Shown here: positions 13,214-22,900 of the stretch, one piece after another
Layout: every line of letters begins with the position of its first letter
Numbering within the stretch: the first letter of the stretch is position 1
Assembly: GCA_050575255.1 (NCBI GenBank)
Contig: JBNZDD010013440.1
Coordinates: forward strand, 209,360-273,359
Length of the DNA stretch: 64,000 nucleotides
Direction: 5' to 3'
Origin: Harriotta raleighana
Taxonomy: Eukaryota
Notes under the pieces: model-generated
The model's database searches: none
Seen by the model: only the letters and a program-made list of their open reading frames with translations
What the model was told of the DNA's origin: nothing
Program-made: the position numbers and the translations under genes

Positions 13214-13470
13214 GCGCGGTAACCCCTGGCAACGGAGGAGAGTCCGCGTCACGCCCTGGCAACGGAAGAGGAGCGGGCACGTGACGACCAAGCAACGGAG
13301 GCGGAGCGAGCACCCCATCCTTCTTGCCATGGAGGCGGAGCGGGCGCGTCACGACCTAGCAACCGGGGAGGTTAGGGGGTTGCGTCACGCCTCAGCAATG
13401 GAGGGGTAGCGGCGCGTCACGACCTAGCAACGGAGGGGTAGCGGCGCGTCACGCCCCAGCAACGGTGGAG
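13214..13470. promoter_or_regulatory. Degenerate ~32-bp tandem array, units carrying CGTCAC (half-CRE) and (T/C)(A/G)GCAAC (RFX half-site)
   Basis: Cores at 13219, 13248, 13281, 13348, 13384, 13416 and 13448; consensus gcGTCACGnCCtaGCAACggagg. Confidence 0.7.
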
Positions 13471-13912
13471 GCCAGCAGGAGCGGGTAGTCCCCAGAGTGG
13501 CCGATTAGGAGCCAGGGAAGGGGGTCAGCGCAGCTCCTGGTCTGGAGCATGTGACAGGGCCGCGGCTCTGAAAGTCTGACCTGCCTCCCGCTGACCGCCT
13601 GGGATTTGCCGCACCCGCCCACAAGCTCTCACTGGCTGATCTGTCTTTCCCGCTCAATCGCTCACTCCCACCCCCGGGCTGGGCTGGGCCTCGCCTCTGA
13701 ACTCCCCCCCGCCTACCCTGAGCTTGTTTTACCCGCTGCCCGTCTTGAACTCGCCCTCTCTCCCCCCCCCCCACACACACCACCCTGTGGACGTACACCA
13801 CCTGGCGGAGCTTGTGTTACCCACGGAGACGTCATGAGTTGAAGAAGAAGGAGCGAGAGAGGAGGGTGAAAAGAGGCCGGAGCCAACGGCAGCAGCAGCA
13901 GCCCGCAGCAGG

Positions 13913-13977
13913 ATGACCGAGGTGCTCTTCTGTAAGGCGGCCTCCGTGGTGATCAAGTGCAAGGAGTGTGAGGACAG
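13913..13977 (+). CDS. SASS6: SASS6 coding exon 1
   Basis: ATG in cagg-ATG-a context; [21 protein letters not shown](R); donor AG|gtgaga; 65 nt. Confidence 0.93.
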
Positions 13978-16900
13978 GTGAGAGAGAGAGAGAGAGAGAG
14001 TCCGCGCTGCCCGTGACCTGGGAGAGCGAGGGAGCAGCTCCCGTGTTTCGATACGTTGTTTTTGTGCCCAAGGCTGGGGAGACAGGGGTGGAGCAGGTTG
14101 TTGCATTCATTTGTTTTAAGCACGTTTCCCCCCCCCCCCTACCCCCCCCCATTAATTTTGGCGGCATAAAGTGGGCAGCTCTGGGGAATTATTCTCAGCA
14201 GAAGCAGCTCGGTGTGACTGGGAGTGGAGGCTGTTTCTTGTGCAATATTACTAGCCTGTTTTCCAAACCAACCCTGAAGGATCCCTTCCTCCTTCCCCCC
14301 CCTCCCCCCCCCATTCCCCATTCCCCCTCCCCCCCTCCCCATTCCCCCTCCCCCCCTCCAGCCCCTCAAAAATTATCACCCTTCCTGGAAAGGAGGAAGT
14401 GGAGACAAGAGGCCCACACTTTAGATGTGGGCAGTTAGTTCATCACTTCGTTAAAACAGTTTTAAACTTTCCAACTCTTTCTTACGAATGTACAGGACCC
14501 TCCTTGAAGTGCCTTCTGCTGTGATATAAATTTACATTTATATACAGCATTGTCACAAATGTAGTCCATTCATTTTACAGTATATTCTGAGACGTCGATA
14601 AGATGTGAAAATAATCCAAGTGATAAATGCAAGTGCTAATAATACTTGCATTTGCGTGCTTCAAATGCAAGTATTATTATCAAAACACAAAATACGACAG
14701 ATGCTAGAAATCTGAAACAAAAACAAAAAACTCGGTAGGTCAGGCAGCATCCATGGAGAAAGGAAAGCGAGTCAACGTTTCAGGTCCATGGCCCTTCGTC
14801 AGAAGGTATTATTATTATTATGTCTTTTGTGTCCCAAGTTACTGGACATCCTAGGAATGGGTTTTTGGTGGGGGGAAGAAGATGGTCACAAGCATGGACA
14901 ATCTGAAGGTCCTGTGGTGGAACTTACATAAGGTGAGCAAAGAGAGTCGCGGCAGATAATAATCCTTGCATTTGATATAGAGCCTTATCATGTTGTTGAA
15001 ACGCCTCAAAATGCTTCACAGAATACACTATAAAGTCAATTAATTGTATATTTTATGCTTCTGCTAAAAGCCCAACTTCCGATGGTGGGAAGGGGAATGT
15101 GAAGCAGGCAGGAACCCACTAGGAGGAGGGAGTGGCTAAATTGGCAGGATTTGATGAAGTTGCAGAGATGGAGTGGATGGAGAATTTCAAAGTTTAGGAT
15201 GAGGATCTTGAACTCGATTCACTGGAGGATGAGAAGACAGTGGAAATGGGCAAGAATGGGGTGAAAGGCTCGTGGAGCCTGATATGTGAAGGACAAGATC
15301 TGCAGAGTTTTGGATAGTCTACAGCTTGTCACGGTGGGTAACCTGGTGAGCAGATTGGTGTAATCCAACTCTGATGTGATGAATTCATCTTGCCCAAGTG
15401 GTCATTCTACAGATGTTGAGCCTTTTTAGTGAATGTTGACAGACAGGCCACACAACTGTGGAACAGTATTATGGTGAAGCTCCATCCAGTTCTCAACTGA
15501 TGTACCCTAGAGCACTTTCCAGGTGAGTTTGAATGGCAAATAGGTTCTATTTTCCTCCCTACTCCCCTGAACAATATCAACAACATAATTATATTTGTAT
15601 AGCAACGTTCACGTCGGGAGGATGCCCCATGGTACTGGACAGACAGTATTTCGGATCTGAGCTGGTGGTAGGGATTGGGAAGGGTGGAGGGCACGGGGCA
15701 AGGAAGTCGATCAAAATCATGGTTAAAGAGGAGGGCCTTGAGTTGAAGTAGCACCTGGATCTAATTGTTCTGTCCCATCTGCTATCTAAATTGAGATTAT
15801 CTGTTTCATCACAGACTAAATCAAATTATTAGGTTTTTTGTGTGGTGCCCCATCATTAAGACTCCTAAAATTCAAAGGTTTTACAATCTGCAGTCAGGGT
15901 ATAATTTTCCAAATTTGAGATGGATCCTGGTTTGATAGATCTACTTTCAAACTGGATGACCTCACTAAGAGGAAGCAAGCCTTTTAAGTAGCTAATTGTA
16001 TGGTTTGATAATTTGGTTTGTTTGTGATGCATCACAATCATGCATGTTTATCAAATTTTCTTTGTTTCAAATCTCAAAAACTTTTATAGTAATGAATATT
16101 AATTCAACCGTTTTATTTTTGCATTACCCAATGTTGCATGCAAACTTTGGTAACTAAAATCCTCCCCTCCCCTCTCGAGTCTCTACCCCCTCCTTGATCC
16201 CACCCTTCCCCCCCCCCCCTCGCCGTGAACATTTCCTCCTGCTCGGGTCTTAAACCAACTGTCCAGCGCCTTGGGACGTCCTCCTGACATGAAATGTGCT
16301 CTATAAATGTAATTTTGTTGTTGTTGTTGTAAAATGTGTGCAAGTTCCTTTCTCCATGTTGCCGTGTGCAGGGGTGTGTATGTGTGATAGGTTAGGTGAC
16401 AGAGAGAAATAATATTGAAGAGGTGTGGCACCCATGATGATCCATATAGTGAGTTTCTAGTCCCTGCTGTATTATTTAGGAGAGTTGCTCAGCAAGTCTA
16501 CCCTCTATGTATGATTAAGGTGGGCTTCTAATGCAGATCAATTATTAGAAATTAGAACCTATTACTATCAGAAATAAGATTCCAATCTGCATTCTTGGTT
16601 ATGGATTACTTCAATTTACAAAGAGTCGACTTTTTGGGGAAAACAACAGAGATGAGAAAACTCTCGAATAAAGTGAATTGTTAGGAAGTGGAAACCTTGT
16701 CACCTGCTTTTTAAATTATATTTTAATTCTGTCAATGGTGTTAGTATTATTGGATTAGTTCTTGTAGTGCACAAAGTTGTGCTTTAAGTACAGTAATAGG
16801 ATAGTTATAATTGTCAAAAGCACTTCTCCAATTTCAAAATTTATATATGATACTGTATATATAATATATTTGAGAGAATTTGTCTTCAGCATGCCTCCAA

Positions 16901-19900
16901 GCATACCTCCAGCAGCATGTATATTCTTTTAAGGGGTAATTTACGCTAAAATAATTACCAATATGTTTGTTTGATATGTAGTAATAGTTTTGTTGTTTAC
17001 TTGGAAAGTGCCAACAATTTCTTGCTGGAATTGCAGTATAGCATTTGTTTATTGAAGAACAAACATTTTCAAGTTAAGAGACTAGTTGTTTACCATGTCA
17101 AATTGAGGTGGGTTGTAAAGTCTGAATTCCTTAGGGGAAAAAAGTGGACTATTTTATGCATAAATATTAACAAGGATGATGGGTTCAGTTAGGCTCAGTT
17201 CCAAAGAGACATAAATCCGAGGTACTTTCTACCTGTTTAAGTGATGTTAAAGATTCCTATTGTAATATTCGAAAGAGAAGAGAGTTTCTCCTGGTGAAAA
17301 GTCCTCCATAAATAATTGGTCACTTATTTTATAGGTGTTTGTGGGAGATTGCTATGTGTAAATTGGCTGCTATGTTCGTCTACAAATAGTCACTCCACTT
17401 TAGAAAACTCAGAAGTGCTTTGGACATTTTAATGTGATTTTANTTAATCAAATTAAAGGATTATTGTGGATATTTGATTTTTTTCTGTGTGCACTTCATT
17501 CAACCATAGGTTTAAATTTATATTGTCAGATGCTAAACAATGAACTAGCTGTACCAGTTCTTGAGGTCTCTAATGCTCTGCTTCCCAGCCTCCCCTGCTC
17601 AACTCTCCACATATTGCAGATCATCCAGAACTCTGCAGCTCATATTTTGTTCTTCCCAAAATCTGCAGGACCATAACCCCTATATTTGCCAAACTCAGTT
17701 GGTTCTCTAATAGCCAATGGCAAATCAACTTTAAGATGTTCCTCATCCTCCTCTGTCCACCCTGTTTCTGTGAGGATGATTACCTTTATTGTATGTTAGT
17801 AATTACAAGCGATTCAGGATGCTGCCTCACACAGAGGATGCTATATAAATGCAAGTTGTTGTATAATGATCATTGCATAGTACCTTATCGTGCTGTCTCA
17901 AAGTAGTTTACAGGATTTACTCTAACCTTAGTGATTTGTAGATGAAACACTATAATGATATGCATATATTAGGTGCTATTAAACTGCTTACCTTTCACAT
18001 TGCACAGATCATAGATAAAAGAAACTATTTGTGGATGGCAAAGTTACATACATAGCTTGTAAATAACCAAGTGATTTTACTGTTCTTCCTGTATCACTGT
18101 TTGGGGTAAGCAAGGTCATGCCTTAGTAGCTGAAATCTTTTATGTGCATTTTGCTACCATTTGGTTCTCTTCACCATTTCCCATGTACTGTATTACACAC
18201 ACACGCATTCATTATTAGCTGTACTTAAATGATTATACAAGGATAAATAAGTAATAGATAATGCTTCAGGAAGATTTTATTATTTTGACATTGCATAATT
18301 GTGAGTCAAATTATTAGACGGATTGTAAAGCAAGTTTGGATAAAAATCAAAGGTAATAAAAACCAATAAACGTCAAGGAACTAGTGCAAGTGCTATATTG
18401 TTCTGTTGCTATAGCAGCCATTAATACAGTTAATAGCACTTGCACTAGTTCATTGACTTTTATTACCTTTGATTTTTATCCAAACCTGCTTTACAATCCG
18501 CCTGATAATTTGACTCGCAATTATGCTTGCAATATCGAAATAATATAATCTTCCAGAAGCATTACCTATTACTTATTTATCAAGTTGTATAATCATTTAA
18601 GTACAGCTAATAATGAACGTGTTTGTGTAATTTTCACAAAACAGAAAGAATGTTTATCATTTGTATGTTAGGGCAAAAAGAGATTTAGAATTTGTTACAA
18701 AATGAGATGGTAAATACTTATAGTAGATACTTATAATAATCCTTGCATTTGATATAGCACTTTTCACATCTTCTAGATGTATATAATAATCCCACACAAA
18801 AAAAATAATAACTTGGCTATTCATTCCACGACTGTTTGTAGGACACTACTGTGTGCAATTGGCTGCTGCATTTCACCCACAAATATAGTCAACGAGTCAA
18901 TATTTCGGGTCCACGACCCATTGTCAGAACGTTGACTCACTTTTACTTTCTCCATAGATGCTGCCTGACCTGCTGAGTTTTTCCAGCAACTTCTGTTTTT
19001 GTTTCAGATTTCCAGCATCCGCAGTCCTTTGCGTTTTTGTTCACTTTACAGTACATTATGTGAAGCACTTTAAGATGTCTGGAAGATAAGGTGCTATATC
19101 AAAAGCAAGGATTGTTATTAGGTAACTATCTGAGTCCACTCACTTAGACCCCACGTTAAATAGAGTATGGAAAAATGTCTGATTTCTGGGTCGTCAAGTT
19201 GCTATAATTCCTCTGTGCTGTGTGTTTTGTGCAAGAAGCACTGTCCGTTGATATCACTTGAACAACAACAAAATTGCACTTGTATAGCGCTTTTCATGTC
19301 AGTAGGACATCCCAAGGCGTTGAAATAATAAAGAGTTAACCCGGACAATAAAATGGGGGTGGAAGTGGGGATGATTAGGAGTTGCCGATAGGACTATCGA
19401 AGAGAAAAGTCTTGAGGCAGGACAAAGGAGTCCAAGGACGGGGCGAGGCGGAGGGACGGCGGGCGGGATGGAGTGTTCCAGAGTTGGGCGCAGAGTAGCT
19501 AAAGGCTCGCTCGCCAATGGTGGGGCGGATGGCTCGGGGGATGCGGAGCAGGCCTTTGCAAAGTGAAAATGCTAGTGACCTGGCGTCACCCAGTGTTAAT
19601 GAGGTAAGCCTACTGTTTGATCCTGGAAGCAACTGACAGTCTTGAGACCAATCTTGAAGGAGGCAAGGGAGGAAGCGAGGTGAAGTGATTGTGGGATGGA
19701 GTTCCAGAGTGGGGGGCAGAGAGACTGAATCGCCTTGAAAGTGTGGATGAGGATCTTGAATTTGATCCTCTGGGGGATGGGGAGCCAATGGAGCTGAGCA
19801 AGAGAGGGAGTAATGTGGTCGCTATTGATTAACTATCAATAATATCACCCAAAGATCCCCAAAATCTTCAGCCCACAAATATACAGTCAATTCACTTCAC

Positions 19901-22900
19901 AGCATATTCTGAAAAGGCGCGACATCAAATGCAAGAATTATAATTATTATAAAATGGAAGTGAATGCAATACTATTTTACTGTAACATAATTCATGTATA
20001 AATCGAACATTGACATTTATTATAGATGCATGTGTATTTCCTGTGAATTACCTTGAAAGTGAAAATGAGGATCTTTAATTTGATCCTATAATAATAATAA
20101 TCCTTACATTTATGTAGTGCTTTCCACATCTCATCGACGTCTCAAAGTGCTTCACAGAATACAACAATGTCCCAAAGTAAGGACCTGAGTAGGGGGTGGG
20201 AGGAGTTGGGGTAGGGAGAATAAAGGGGGGAAAAGAGGTAGGGACCAGAGTACTGGTGGGGGGGAGGGGTCAGGGTAGGGAGAAGAAAAGCGGGAAGAAA
20301 GGGGGGAAAAGAGGTAGGGAGGGGTCATGGTAGGGGGAAGGAGAGTAGGAAAATTGACTGTATATTTGTGGATGAAATGTGGCAGCTAAATTGCGCACAG
20401 CAGTGTCCCACAAACAGTCGTGGAAGTGAGGCTAGGGACGAAAGGGGGGGAAGAGGGTAAGGGGAGGGGGAAGGGTAGGGGGAAGAGAGCAGGAAAACTG
20501 ACTGTATATTTGTGGGCGAAACTTGTGAAAAATGAGTGAGAAGGTTGTGGGTTCAAGCCCTATGTCAGGACCTTTGAGCTTGCAGCTTTAATATTCCAAT
20601 GCAGTGTGAAGGGAGTGCTACTTTGTATTTTTAAATCAAAGTGGATATCAAACACCCCATGGCACTTTTCACAAAGTGAAAGGAAATTCTGCCAATGGTA
20701 CACTGGATATTGATCCCCAGAGAAGATTTTAAATTACAGCTTACTTTCATAAAAACTCTTCTTAACTGTGTACTTTATTTACTTCATCATCTTATTTCCT
20801 ATTTCCTTCAAAACCCTCCTATTACTAACTCGGCAAAAAGTAGAAAACGCCTCTCTCTACTCTTCATCAAATAGTTCATAAATTTAAGATTATCCGTAGC
20901 TTTTCTCTCCACTGCGTCCAAAACAGACTTGAGAATTAACATATAACTAATGTCTCATCCCTATATCATCATTATCTCTCCTACCCATTAAAGTGCCATT
21001 AAAGTGAATCTTTGCTGTACCCTGTAGAATGAGAAGTGAATGCAATACTATTTTACTGTGACATAATTCATTGACATTTATTGTAGGTGCATGTGTATTT
21101 GCAGACAAAATTGGTGAACTATGTGTGTATGTATGTACATCTTTAAAATGTAGTTCAGCTTATTCCTAAAATATGAATGTGCTTGTAAGCAGAATCCTTG
21201 CATTTTGAAGTAAATAATCAGACATTTTACTTGACAATTTGAAGCATCTGGGGCACTTGAACTTTTTCAATACACTTTTATTTTAAAGTGGCTTATGTCT
21301 CCTTTTGGCTCATACTAAACTTGTGTTTTTTTTAATTGCAGGAGGGAAAATATTCAACTGATGATAGAATGGCAATCTTCTTCTAATCCAGTTCACAAAA
21401 AGGTAGAGGAATTTCTCTAAATAATTGTGCAGATTTTTTTTGGAGCATATTTGACCTCATTTTTGGTGTTAAGTGATGATTATATAATTGGATAGAATAC
21501 TTTAAATTTCTGATTTTTTTCCCCCCTTTTCTCGTCATTCTTGTGAAACCATATTGAATTCCTGTGTTTTAAAAAAAAGATATTTAGGACCTTCCCGCTT
21601 CTCTCTCCTCTCCCCCCAATACACACTCACACACACACATACATGCAGTAATTCAGAAGGTGTAATGCCCACAGGGATAAATTGCCATAAAAATCAAGAA
21701 GGTTACCAATTTCAGCCTCAGAATTAATACAACTCTTAATTTATTTTCTACAATATCATTCTTTGTGTTGATCTTAGACAATAAATGTGGTTAGACTAAT
21801 CAATTGTTGGGTATATCAAATATAAAATAACTTGATCCTATTCTCATCTGATATCTATTATTGTCCTTTCCAACAGGAGTTACTAGATCGTAGGTTATCC
21901 CTCAGCTCAGGATACTGCTACAAGTTGTGTTGTCCAATATTTGATGTAGCTGTTACGTTTCTGGTTGGGGATCTTCATTTTGTTTTACATAGTATGCAGT
22001 CCTCGGCTATTACACAGATAGAATATGGATCACTAAAGACCAACGGTATACTTCTGTCGCTTTCTGCTCATGGAGTGCAGGGATAGCGGATGGGCTCAGT
22101 AATGCTACTGTGACTCTGACTAATGTGGAAGTCCTGATGAGCAGCCGCCTTGCAATGTTCTCTGTTGTCATTTTATGGACCCCCAGCACCGACCACAGTG
22201 AAACAACAACAAAATTACACTTGTATAGTGCCTTTCAAGTCAGGAGGATGTCGCAAGGAGCTGTTTTAAGACCCGAGCTGGGTTTGGGGACGGGGAGGAT
22301 GGAGTGAAAGGAGAGGATTTGGGGTGACCGATGGGACTGGAGAGGAGGGTGGGTCTTGAGGCCAGAATAGAAGGAGGTTAGCGAGGGCGCGAGGCGGAGG
22401 GACTGGGATGGAGTTCCAGAGGTTAGGGGCAGAGTGGCTGAAGGCTCGACTGCCAATGGTTGGGTTGGTGGGTTGGTGACATGGAGTAGGCCGGAACCTG
22501 CTGAGCAGAGGGAGCGGGCAGGTCATAGGGGATTAGTAGGTTGCAGAGATAGGGTGGGACGAGGCCGTGGAAGGCTTTGAATGTTACAATGGAAAAGTAA
22601 TGGAAAAACTTCACTACTTATAAAGTACAATAATTCCTGTGTCATGAGTTATAAAACCAGCAAGATATAATATGATACGGTTTAAATTATGTTGATGGCA
22701 AATAGCATAAGTTTTTTGTCAGATTTTTAATATAATTTTAAACAAATGTTTTAATGCTTCAGACTGTTAAACTGCATTTAATGCACATAAGTTGTATTTC
22801 TCAATGACAGGATGAGCCTCATTATTATTATTTACTGCAGATAATAAAGCTATGTTTTGCCCACAAAATATACAGTCAATTAATTCACTTTACAGTATAT

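Larger units (their letters stand above)
12300..14050. promoter_or_regulatory. CpG island / SASS6 promoter region
   Basis: Sharp rise in GC and CpG density against the AT-rich flanks; spans exon 1. Confidence 0.85.

Noticed and set aside
13214-13470. CRISPR-like repeat-spacer array
   Set aside because: Vertebrate intron-exon context, degenerate repeats, spacers related to each other, and no cas genes.
12377-14438. Cluster of overlapping 100-180 aa ORFs
   Set aside because: Expected in a GC-rich CpG island, partly inflated by the N12575 duplication. Only SASS6 exon 1 is recognisable.
17443-17443. Single N
   Set aside because: Gap marker with no visible flanking duplication; not biological.
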